The translations under genes were made by a program, and so were the position numbers. Positions 17,101 through 21,635 of a stretch of DNA of 64,000 nt are shown piece after piece (within the stretch, counting starts at the first letter, position 1; each line of letters starts with the position of its first letter). The stretch spans positions 16,863 to 80,862 of the forward strand of contig CAAEEZ010000014.1 of the NCBI GenBank assembly GCA_900755035.1. Reading direction: 5' to 3'. This DNA comes from Clostridia bacterium (GTDB lineage: Bacteria > Bacillota > Clostridia > Christensenellales > CAAEEZ01). Below the pieces are notes generated by a model. The model saw nothing but the letters and a program-made list of their open reading frames with translations. It searched no databases and was not told the origin of the DNA.

Positions 17101-18889
17101 CAAAGATAGAAAAGAGCCTTGCCAAGGTAAACTTGAATGGGATACGTCAAATCTTGCTTGGTCTGCATTGAATCCTTACCTAATCAATACTACGGTAGGT
17201 GATGGAACGGTAGGTATGAAACTTATCACAGGAAAGATGGACGACTTCGTGCTAAAAGGCATCAAGGTTGAAGTAGAAAGAACGCTAGACGACAATGCGA
17301 TTATCGACGGATTAAATAAGGTATTTGGTGCATCTTCTAAAGATATGCTAGAAATAGATATTATTGATATGCCAAACTTTATCGAGAAGTTTAAGGAAAT
17401 CAGCAATGCCGTTACGGGTAACGGAGTAACTAGTTACGAAGGCAAAGGACTGGAAATAGACTTCGATGGCGGACTAAGGCTGAATATAAATCCTGACGAA
17501 ATATCGTTTGACTTATCTAATATCAATAGTTGGATAAGTGATGGTGGTAATAAATACGGTGGTGACGTACTAATTCTACCTGTCAAGATAACTAGAACAA
17601 TCAATAACCCTGGTGATATCGACGGAAGAGAAACCAACGTATTAAACGTAGACGTAAAAGTCAAGATAAATATGCTGGAACTAGTCGAGATAAGGTTAAA
17701 GAAGATGATGCTTATCGGAGGGCAAGAGATTCCTGAAACGATACAAATCGCGCTAAATCCTTACGGCGATTTTGTAAGTCAATTAAAGAAACAATTTGCG
17801 CCAGAGCAAGGCGTAAGGTATGTAATTGAAGGCATATTTAGGTCGAGCGATGGAATGCTTGATAAGTCTAAGCACATAGAGATTACCGAGGATTCGTTCG
17901 ATATGAATAGTACCGCAAGAGTTAAGTTTGACCTATCGTCTATCTACGGCACGTATACTTACAAGGGTGGTAATTCCTTCCTAAGAGTATTTGTTGGAGA
18001 TAATGCACTAGGATATTTGCAATCTATATTGCCAATTAGCGTAAGCGGTAGAATACTTCAAGGTATGACGATAGTTAATATCGACGAAGTAAACGTACTA
18101 GACGCTAACAGCCTAAGCAATATAGGCAAAGCCTTAGAGTTACAATTGAAGTTCTTGAAAGTTGGCGCAGATATCGAAAGTGATACTAATAACGTTCAAA
18201 TTGTATGGTACGATAAAGATAAATTGATGGAAGCTGCAAAGACGGGCAAGAAAGATTTAAGAATTGATGCAATTATCGGATTTAAGCAAAATGGCGAAAC
18301 GAAATTGAACAACTACTTGAATCAAAGAGTAACGCTACTTATCAAAAACGTTAAACAAATCTATGCTATGAGCCTTGTAAGGTTTGCTGGATTCCCTATC
18401 AATAAGGGTGCAGACGGCAAGTATATGCTACCTGCTAACGTAAATACCAACGTGGGCGATTTAGTTTATAGATATCACGACGAAACGGGTAGCCACGACG
18501 TAACTATCAAAGACGTAACCTTAACGGGCGACTTCAATGCTAAGACGGCTTACTACACGATAGGATTGTTTGACTTTGCTATCAAAGTGGACGACGATAT
18601 TACAAGAGTAACCAACTTCTTTACGGTAGATGCAGAAGGCAACAAGACGGACGTAAATAGGGTATTTAGCCAGGAGGCAGACGGAACGCTTGTAGTTAAG
18701 TACTCGTTCGTAGAAAAATTACCTAGCAAGCTAGTTATGGAACTAGCCGTACCTACCTTTGACGAAAAGGGTAATATAAACGGACAAAAACTAGTTTACG
18801 TAGACGTAAATCTAACCGGAACGTCTAGCCTAAAAGAAGCAACGGTACAGTATGGAGTACATACCATTAAGGTAAAAGTTACGAAATAA
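2108..18889 (+). CDS. Giant (5,593 aa) predicted surface lipoprotein with tandem ~290-aa modules; family unknown
   Basis: A single uninterrupted ORF of 16,782 nt. Its codon and dinucleotide usage matches neighbouring genes over most of its length. It has an N-terminal lipoprotein signal, its own promoter and its own terminator. It is extremely Cys-poor and rich in Asn/Gly/Leu/Asp/Ile/Val/Thr/Ala. I see no LPXTG, SLH, cell-wall-binding repeat or C-terminal TM segment. Confidence 0.9.
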   Translation: MRKLFSWKKLVLVAVCIAMVFTFVACGEKTNVGGNVVDNPTFNQEFGQLQSDPTSALSKVAAALFTERENKNKVNLGFNGDLKLKLGNNELVDINVDLRLSVDRKDASGSKFSLVINRKGKDGVQNPKMLLGAYFDGVELKVDARGTNGHFYVVDTDIIYLVNLIASAINQTPIEDTLQDVSKYIKSLFPVLGASMVKAGAMDVYEKYVAETNSSQITSTIYLKKTIMYVNKFLSGNGDIKGDLYETIVGMVGADKINQIITTLNKVAKFVPDNATINIGLGVIGANDNYNLVNGSFKVGFSSLEAGVTAVELSMDDQADYVKKPTDPPSEEEIDRAKLGAVAFDVGLDVRITKGKVSFADIDKALGGILNGFVQGLDQDIDFSKNYIEVPESVGTALRISFAFQLDIKDNNKTNILAEIYFDSNGNEKNDDGKSLLQIYYVGKDQAFYIDLSGFGKASTLPNKLKITKDLNGNSINLTQMFSDFIQKMITESGKLDFSTVISMVADVFGKDKAPVTEEQVQTINQKMLNEYAIPTVTNEQGGTSIDVMAIVKIILKELQWDYNDNGSFYGFSVEISAKMFREIFAQMGMDISLLKGASLGIHVTPDKGLGIELDVTINAETYKANGADEDIANDFPTMNLGLEVYIDLFKAFDESRLPADRLDNNWQTLELKSKVDENGKLDILNSLLASLSGKKVYLSAAAQFDLHVDQSNGEINVGSSLNSSIGGALGAALADLQLKTGAIDVTYTLKLVANVDLGSLVNINTTEDVMTIIKKVLGGDQELSITLTANYGPYGGQKDEEILAMLLSKGALYFDAENIGIPKTKIELDSLFEAIDGLLKKPEKNDTPSTSEATASDPNATIKTVIAILSNVDVIKVMEGEIAIALNSAFLNVLIPMFVGGGSTGQAGDTTTGTIDLTMSKIELGIDFNSDIFNKDKDFESVFNKMTIYLDLATDLSGTQVNLGVRIGGINLGIVDTNVDEDLKVRKAFFQNRNEDEFTNPLENSLLNFGLTGTFRLTGDGEFTFNNKPLNGEIGELLSTLALIIGMDNLNAVINLNFAAAIDLSNFESNNTQIALTLTNASNDLIVGVYVYDKYVYVNIPGLIKPFRLEFDVVSLIYDLIQGNIKLPGKGEGQNPGGAVATAEGDVTQAEVLRSLISVSTKTANVTLSSNMIKGLVSALVGSMTKGDETNPPKIDPQLGDEIISLVQTLPFDIMFIGSVSHEYDGEGADTFLDNLVVDLNIYVGEKLVEAYERGDDLSKPQNGVVGLGIKLGDIYIDYIDSNSKLDVIRAALEENRYDDLGKIESVTNFDIKNILANTKASLAFDGYLSITSNGVDIGSDQTIDNNIMIELKEIMNTLPELLINIGALQVGKADLMKLYFHLAVSADIGAILDGNYNDAIELSLGIYREKFIDYTTSDNDKLLSVVVLSGKNSGTKGVTLYVDAKGLAAEGTNNDILSGKIKLENIDLNSLFGSLGIQETASATADDFNTTMVKMNGVIGIINSALQAISISNSGLTVNLGEKLIGVIVNLITKNDGSVNAGALPLTAGDIRLVLKQYEEQGITYEPGLHAKLGFKNKDGGDTAIALGIGLYNLNIAFAKMSGAFLHEDTFDTSEYVSLQELKQVSVSLDLGLDVDMKEGVHNLNLLNKYGKFIGSLQSVLALTEEGGKIVIDQGGAAKDLHLNVLVQGQIGIADVNATEVKLLVTSHPTQKDRLDKTNGKVLVAIYLYKDEIYVQSDILNITNFKIPSLGISQYISDTIGDLLSGAGAQAAAFATASEGLDFLIGDRMAEITISKVFLSTLIKYLVPAESADLVDAIINNLFQGLKLDINLRTMSASINLDAILNEKPDSTGGLINATLAMQGLEISVFEKNFISEADKQTFANCTEAKTNAFIEFGASASIKREKITEDKQLTPDNIFGQLAGVVDNLDMLDPNIRGTINSILRSLYINIMSAKDGQGVPTDDGMYVKLNVLVQVNLDWNSWQSLDLSKSSFRLLLTDTGNNPVLDVYLIGSNDTMYIDAPLLGTNTKLALNGINLIELYEQSKNPDGGETVSELSTATAGVDMQKILGIIDGVIGKIEFADGGMSVGFAPKALVAIAGALGLVPSLDSGLVDAVGSLVETLPNTSEGSGIYIDYAKEVNNKTSPVVGLRYGLDGVGMIDINLNHYALGAVNDFASVDVTTLPFKDKDGLAKMRDFAKYDGEYSNLSKLQNIQLDIKGELKAGLESNKTNPMDLSSMVQGVLGSILSLAPLQEIGAKIYSDVKGTDVLNFRVQANLDIAHIVENLQLGLTVYKKNSTSEALIEVFYDKGSLYVNAPDYLGEKALKIANLLELFSGNGGASSTATGEGETLPSETIKQAAALNVIFGKEFVGVHVTSGIFAILVQLLQGMDINLTEDMFASLENQFDIGIEIGSTNVDEHLSLPELYASLSIKFGPVMLGLKASEPRVSIGSKESIVPQRIIDNSAHFSEVTFRVQAEGRLGISADKTILDLNALLKEFGVNETLDFGVDIANPNDPNGKPINLHLGLELDAEICLGDISKCNIALRVNAYKDEYSFSATNPSEQKKIGEVLALYMHKNSLYLDLKNNIIELTEVHINTEALTGIIDAIKGAISGEQTTAPGQSGAVSTAEATANDTAKEQLILSNLIQLNFNGVGAADGEGVFSDLGSITAEIGGVVIQKVLEMLGLNHLAGAGLAAVIKIDTPTEGNSNFGIGINVVTGDNSTLINNLGLYVWLGNIKVVKQSENTEESRKASLLPPAELVQNAFELSDLYKQFISVDITASLSMMTSTVEPPTDTDENAGDNSLIMKNLITEFFKGFVPWMPDFVAQLEIIGKENGMTYEDFMSSHAIRLQANVNLGMLINNKTCTICKKDFNSSDAIYQAKKVCPYCGASNEQIEDKGFYLDDIDLGIEILRNTKVELATVSETLLGLYIRNSQIAFYGEPFGLNNFVIERDAVESIANTIKYIIGQGTSSGASNGALSTAGESGGETSGASVDIVGLIGKLVRQITISMYAVRVAVSENLLSYIPELMESLGVQGFPEFGYPSLNENNYIQIGLIQNEKVDLSLLLNLDMFGLNTQIAIEDVGLGLGSKKDIEMPKDFYDAENKKFIVSNLDKLDSSNSILNVNVEAELRLDINEADTNLSALLGGLLGDLKVGYKNDKTITKDFLLRINAQIDIADYSLVLGVEIIEQFVDGVTAPVTVLGIYYDSVDSTAYVKSTILPNMKITGLELDVLLGKLMGQSAAEATANGASAIRPIINPDAIKENSDSPSVKVTLAMQQYFAVAISGELISQIINGIDQINSVPVLPDFEVALRFGKSTPDSPFAITLQVGLGENNLNNEKKFLIDLTASLYLGPVKYDQENNKMSGGTYVNFLTKDEATSTDNQIITSEMREYPTLLNIAFDANGDIKPEVIAETVELGITMFLNLGHEQGNYNFSSLLAGIFGENVEFVAMVEALEKRQTNLAIDVKAQINVNNLIMNALSGVGVSLKGTNLQLTISKQEWDDKNKQYTPLEKVMQLTFKGGAGKDGNDALYLKLYGAGRKDPNDVNSTEDIAIVVDTINIMDIVNKATGQSTAISTASPTTALADFINTIIKDVHIREVESETGEKYIRADVNFAAHIFDDVIKLVTLLTSDTANATTEQIMNTIAKLNLPDVTRGGLYLAFNQSKVGLGVGLDVQLNNSVNIALGLEINALGIVKDESGLIMPEGKVSEYKSVSDLQVKLHFEGYAEMSNHNTPEPMSIGGIITTILGLLNVNVGDVDFNVETTSTEKYGLILDGYIDTNDFQLDENGKPKTANTKIKLSLTKENLVSQGENGSPKHLLDIYLDFAKKGVYIDLTGMNLPKLALTGLDLGQMLGNIISPYLGGQQGTQTIDATATADGKTVMSANKLSAMLYLTLGVDETSLRFNADLINAILQLVLGYLSDANPNNDIINTLKGMTLPDFGTVALSSFKDESGVDHLEVRIYRVAGKVDDNYLALGVKNAWWNVNPTTNGSDLAVTNTADYGTIYDLKDGLGLRQLYVDTTISLKFDFSDPDKATEASSFTRYISRMLALLIDKSTDEAAINKYQIMIVSDNEAKKVLQYELRIKGILDITDIFGGSNLSIELWKMDLIHTAPDDRNNVMLLGAYLRKDSSNGLPTLFVDLNNLGLPRIKLVGIDVLLGGLGLSSATAQSNVIGTGNYDAVAQAAKDLQNRVVIEDNQVKLEINQGFLYGILSAALPDVFKDGYINAGAMKLPLPNVAGVELLVDLSNGLQKLNLNAYLEKETSNHIGIEIRLNELDIAGGEKTFADNKIVWTEVGDKYSNVKGENYFNTFGAVHVGTSFTADMINELVESIDPNILIQYNKRSDGYYRWPGLATGHYETMYQHAITSGKGWDYRRMGQSWNNILLSRASGNKAQAIRLAVVARSGANNSTYGGTNPIWPTQKLQNGEAMVDVYLGGDGNIYADIDKAARVTNALGGVIPIIAIPAGLKIGNMIFGAENSATYDDPNISAVALGTSGMATAAKTPNEEFSSIFANFDIGSFLKGIEIRIYTNTEKNGGYAQTEIQVKVDPVKINEIFRAVNYMLANVFDPKHQAAHWNGDGGINDANKPVMLGDTLRIFIKDEVNATLGGLIWNNTANADTDIGNLLGSLLPLPELNCNLSESDGTHLGMKPTSDQATKLEYVRSELTLTLGYNPNEVGIVGALKSINAQFGNKYGFGTHESGNNDQALEAVNRKLGWLELNIKAHGNNELLGTKAVSTVNGYNRGEDVLQRLSEQYIASGNGYPIDGGKEGITITDPVKSVEEIREKVVNGKGLPTKANVSYLDGTSTGGAINGEAETMVSIVWDDSRIDLSPNGSKDSYLYGWIQNKMIAKIKVTVDTKYELKNIDSFEMAITSEQNAIAIEKLGSGNIVKPDGSANIKIIMESYLTKNLPSIIYVQQGNEPLPWIYSTTAVKRIIYREITATGVPGKEYDSETKEGLTVLWDSERGEYVNVEEVGWRGDWYISKDRKEPCQGKLEWDTSNLAWSALNPYLINTTVGDGTVGMKLITGKMDDFVLKGIKVEVERTLDDNAIIDGLNKVFGASSKDMLEIDIIDMPNFIEKFKEISNAVTGNGVTSYEGKGLEIDFDGGLRLNINPDEISFDLSNINSWISDGGNKYGGDVLILPVKITRTINNPGDIDGRETNVLNVDVKVKINMLELVEIRLKKMMLIGGQEIPETIQIALNPYGDFVSQLKKQFAPEQGVRYVIEGIFRSSDGMLDKSKHIEITEDSFDMNSTARVKFDLSSIYGTYTYKGGNSFLRVFVGDNALGYLQSILPISVSGRILQGMTIVNIDEVNVLDANSLSNIGKALELQLKFLKVGADIESDTNNVQIVWYDKDKLMEAAKTGKKDLRIDAIIGFKQNGETKLNNYLNQRVTLLIKNVKQIYAMSLVRFAGFPINKGADGKYMLPANVNTNVGDLVYRYHDETGSHDVTIKDVTLTGDFNAKTAYYTIGLFDFAIKVDDDITRVTNFFTVDAEGNKTDVNRVFSQEADGTLVVKYSFVEKLPSKLVMELAVPTFDEKGNINGQKLVYVDVNLTGTSSLKEATVQYGVHTIKVKVTK
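2540..15646 (+). repeat. Protein-level tandem array of ~13-16 diverged ~290-aa modules (no nucleotide-level repeat)
   Basis: The module-end signature recurs. Examples are ALYFDAENIGIPKTKIELDSL, TLYVDAKGL...KIKLENIDLNSL, TMYIDAPLLGTNTKLALNGINLIEL, SLYVNAPDYLGEKALKIANLLEL, GVYIDLTGMNLPKLALTGLDLGQM and TLFVDLNNLGLPRIKLVGIDVLL. Each is followed by a G/S/T/A linker with an (S/A)TA core at nt 4667, 5531, 6560, 7436, 8291, 9143, 10010, 11063, 11861, 12860, 13754, 14639 and 15638. Spacing between motifs is 266-351 aa and mostly 284-299 aa. Confidence 0.6.
10718..10789 (+). other. CxxC-X16-CxxC zinc-ribbon-like knuckle pair inserted in one module of the giant protein
   Basis: In NNKTCTICKKDFNSSDAIYQAKKVCPYCGASNEQ the cysteines are at residues 2871, 2874, 2891 and 2894. 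The host module is about 60 aa longer than the typical module. Confidence 0.55.
14700..16380 (+). other. Compositionally atypical in-frame segment of the giant gene
   Basis: My hand counts of CG dinucleotides per 60-nt printed line are mostly 0-3 here. Flanking lines of the same gene give mostly 4-6. There is also a visible shift toward GAT/AAT/GGA codons from the GAC/AAC/GGC codons that dominate elsewhere. The encoded region is Trp/Tyr/His-richer (YYRWPGLATGHYETMYQHAITSGKGWDYRRMGQSWNN). Confidence 0.5.
16450..18886 (+). other. C-terminal ~800 aa of the giant protein: probable string of beta-sandwich / Ig-like domains
   Basis: Segments recur that look like LP..V.V...DG......V.W(D)...., for example LPTKANVSYLDGTSTGG...MVSIVWDDSRIDLSPNGSKDSYLYGWI, GLTVLWDSERGEYV, KLEWDTSNLAWS and VQIVWYDKDKL. 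These resemble the Big_4-type pattern found in Firmicute surface proteins. The match is by eye only. Confidence 0.35.
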
Positions 18890-18900
18890 CGATATAATTT

Positions 18901-18930
18901 AGCCCCGATTAGTCGGGGCTTTATTATTTT
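18901..18930 (+). terminator. Rho-independent terminator of the giant gene
   Basis: AGCCCCGA-TTAG-TCGGGGCT hairpin followed by a T-rich tract, 12 nt after the stop codon. Confidence 0.8.
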
Positions 18931-18984
18931 ATTTTGCCCGTTAAAAAAGTTTACTTTTATAATGCAAAATGATATATTGATATT

Positions 18985-19929
18985 ATGAATTTTGGAGTTA
19001 CGGCAGTAAGTTTGCTTACCCTACTGCTACTTGCAGTACCTGGGTGGATACTTAGAAAATTTAATATCGTAAGAAAAGAAATAATGAAGGAACTTAGCAT
19101 TATCCTTCTATATATCAGCCAACCGTTTTTGCTGATTGCATCTTTTCAAAAGGCAGAGTATAGCGAGCAAGTTTTGGTAGATATGGGCTACGTGCTACTT
19201 CTTGCGCTGTGTACGGTGTTTATAGTTAGCATAATAGCTTACGTCATTTTCCACAAACGCTTTAAGGAAAATTACCCAAATAGGCTACTTACTTTTGCGT
19301 CAATATGCGGAAATTACGGCTTTTTCGGTATACCCGTTTTGCAAATTTTGTTCCCAAACAAGCCCGAAGTGATAATTTATAGTACGGCGTGCTTATTAGT
19401 GCTTAATTTGTTTTGCTGGACGATTGGGGCGTTTTTGGTTAGTTCGGACAAAAAATACGTAAGCGTAAAAAAGGCTATTATCAACCCAACCGTAATAGCG
19501 GTTGTGATTGCTTTGCCTATGTTTGCAACCCAAACGAAACTACCTACCGAACTACTAACCGTGTGCGATTATATAGGGAATATTACCACGCCACTTTCTA
19601 TGCTGGTACTCGGTATGAGATTTAGCGAAGTGCGATTAAAAGATATATTTTCAAACCTTAAAAACTACGTGGCAATAATTATGAAACTTTTGATTTCGCC
19701 ACTGATTGCCTACGCATTACTGCAAATTCCTATGCCTATCAGCGATATGGCGCATAGATGTATCGTGATACTTATGGCAATGCCACCTGCAATCGTTACG
19801 CTGACTACGGTGGAGTGTTTTGCTTTGCCTGATATAAAGGACGACCTTGCAAGGCAAGCCTCGAATATAGTGGTAGTGGGCACTATCCTTTCTACGCTAA
19901 CTATACCGCTTATTGCATTATTGCCGTAA
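18985..19929 (+). CDS. AEC (auxin efflux carrier) family permease
   Basis: 314 aa with about 10 hydrophobic segments. The layout is typical of the membrane transport protein (Mem_trans) family. Confidence 0.7.
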   Translation: MNFGVTAVSLLTLLLLAVPGWILRKFNIVRKEIMKELSIILLYISQPFLLIASFQKAEYSEQVLVDMGYVLLLALCTVFIVSIIAYVIFHKRFKENYPNRLLTFASICGNYGFFGIPVLQILFPNKPEVIIYSTACLLVLNLFCWTIGAFLVSSDKKYVSVKKAIINPTVIAVVIALPMFATQTKLPTELLTVCDYIGNITTPLSMLVLGMRFSEVRLKDIFSNLKNYVAIIMKLLISPLIAYALLQIPMPISDMAHRCIVILMAMPPAIVTLTTVECFALPDIKDDLARQASNIVVVGTILSTLTIPLIALLP

Positions 19930-19998
19930 ATTTTTGTTGTAAAACTGCCACTTCGGTGGTATACTAATAATATAAACGAATATAAGGAGTGTACTCAA

Positions 19999-20202
19999 AT
20001 GGAATTAACCAAAGATACTTTAATAAAAGACGTTTTGACTTTTGGCGACCCTGAGGCTATCGTAGACGTACTACAAAGTTACGGTATGCATTGTATCGGT
20101 TGCGCTCTTGCTCACGGCGAGACGCTTGAAGATGCTGCTGCCGTTCACGGCGTAAACCCAGACGAAATAATTGCCAAAATCAAAGAGGTTTGCGGTAAAT
20201 AA
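19999..20202 (+). CDS. DUF1858 domain protein (hybrid-cluster-protein-associated redox disulfide type)
   Basis: 67 aa. The motif GMHCIGCALAHGETLEDAAAVHGV is characteristic of DUF1858. Confidence 0.7.
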   Translation: MELTKDTLIKDVLTFGDPEAIVDVLQSYGMHCIGCALAHGETLEDAAAVHGVNPDEIIAKIKEVCGK

Positions 20203-20213
20203 CCTAAATAAAT

Positions 20214-20237
20214 AGGACGCTAAGGCGTCCTTTTTTA
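20214..20237 (+). terminator. Rho-independent terminator
   Basis: GGACGC-TAAG-GCGTCC hairpin followed by T6. Confidence 0.7.
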
Positions 20238-20453
20238 TTTGTCTTTTATATATTTTTTGTTAGTGTTTTTAATTGGGAATTTTGAAACGAAACTGCATCT
20301 TGTTACATTGTGTTGTAAAAGGTTAGTAAAATCTATTATTATACAATTATATTAGATATTTTATTTATTTTCTTAATATTGTGTACATTATAAATATCCT
20401 AATAAAACGGCTAAAATTCGTAAGTTTTAATCATTGTTAAAGGTAGTTGAAAC

Positions 20454-20957
20454 TTAGATATATCTACATATCAAACACGCAGTTATAGTGCCTACGAAGG
20501 TGGCAATTAAACAAACGGGTATGCCGTAGCGTAGGTTTTTTATTTTCGTTTTGCAAAAATACACTACCGCTATGTAAAATACGGTGTCCGAACTGCCGAT
20601 AATTACCGAGGCAACCCTTGCTACGTAACTATCAGGGGAGTAGGTTTTGTATATGTTTTCTATAAGGGCGATAGAGCCGCTACCGCTAAACGGACGAAGA
20701 ATTATAAGTTCGCTAAGTTCTGGGGGAATACCTAAAAAAGTCATTAACGGCGAAAACGTTTTTACCATTAGGTCGCTAAGCCCCGACGATCGAAAAACCT
20801 CTATCATAATGCAAACCGTAATTAGATATGGTAAAATGGAAAAAATCATTTTGACGCTATCTTTTGCGCCACCCACAAATCCGTCGTATACCGACGTTTT
20901 TTTGTAGAAGGCGTAAAGTATGATTAAAATAAAAATTACGGGCAAAACGTAGTTCAT
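20454..20957 (-). CDS. spmB: Spore maturation protein B (nucleoside-recognition domain membrane protein)
   Basis: A 167-aa polytopic membrane protein. It overlaps the upstream spmA-like gene by 4 nt, and its size and arrangement match the spmA-spmB pair. Confidence 0.7.
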   Translation of the reverse strand: MNYVLPVIFILIILYAFYKKTSVYDGFVGGAKDSVKMIFSILPYLITVCIMIEVFRSSGLSDLMVKTFSPLMTFLGIPPELSELIILRPFSGSGSIALIENIYKTYSPDSYVARVASVIIGSSDTVFYIAVVYFCKTKIKNLRYGIPVCLIATFVGTITACLICRYI

Positions 20958-21520
20958 TTTGTACCTTTCCTAGTGCTTTTTCTGCATATTTTTGCAAGCA
21001 AAACTCCAACGAGTGTAGTGATTAGCGTGTTCATAAAAGATGGCAAGATAATATCGGCTGGATTTACGCTACCGTGAATTGCCCTAAGCGCAATAATAGT
21101 TGATGGTATTAGTTGTATAGAAGTGCAGTTGATAATTAGTAGCATTAGCATATCGTCGCTTGCGTAAGTTTTCCCCTCGTCCATAAGCGATATTGCGTTT
21201 ATGCCTGCCTTCGTGCCTGCGCCACCCATTCCTAAAAAGTTTGCCGTCATATTTAAGGCAATTTGATTTTCAGCCTTAGAAGAAGTTTTGAATAGCTTTT
21301 TTATTATTGGGCGAAACAGTCTAGTTATCTTGTCGCTAAGCCCCGTATTTTCGATAAGGCGCAGTAAAGATAGCCATACTGCGTAGACGGGTAAAAGGCT
21401 AATAGCAAGCCTAAATCCGCTCGTTGCCCCCGTAATTAGCGAGTTAAAGGCTAAATCGGGCGAGTTTATCGTAAGGATTATTAAACTGACGATTACAACA
21501 ACTACAAATATAAAATTCAT
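20954..21520 (-). CDS. spmA: Spore maturation protein A (nucleoside-recognition domain membrane protein)
   Basis: A 188-aa membrane protein with a Gate/nucleoside-recognition-like sequence (NMTANFLGMGGAGTKAGI). Confidence 0.7.
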   Translation of the reverse strand: MNFIFVVVVIVSLIILTINSPDLAFNSLITGATSGFRLAISLLPVYAVWLSLLRLIENTGLSDKITRLFRPIIKKLFKTSSKAENQIALNMTANFLGMGGAGTKAGINAISLMDEGKTYASDDMLMLLIINCTSIQLIPSTIIALRAIHGSVNPADIILPSFMNTLITTLVGVLLAKICRKSTRKGTK

Positions 21521-21635
21521 TTTGCCTCCGTTATAAATAAATGACGGATAGGAGTAGTAAATACCAAATATGTTTTACATTTTGTAATTTTAATTGTATA
21601 ATTACTATGACATATTATTTTTTGGAGGTTTTTCT

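Noticed and set aside
2048-17664. About 20 minus-strand ORFs of 60-181 aa lie inside the giant gene (for example 7420..7965, 11743..12216, 12919..13272, 4954..5319).
   Set aside because: All are antisense to a continuous 16.8 kb frame. They have Ser/Leu/Ile/Pro-rich low-complexity translations typical of the reverse complement of an Asn/Asp/Gly/Glu-rich gene, and they have no RBS. They are statistical by-products of a long AT-moderate ORF.
2108-18889. The giant ORF might be an assembly artefact created by collapsed or expanded tandem repeats.
   Set aside because: The modules are recognisable only at protein level. I see no long identical nucleotide stretches that could mislead an assembler, and the frame stays open throughout. 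Long-read confirmation is still advisable.
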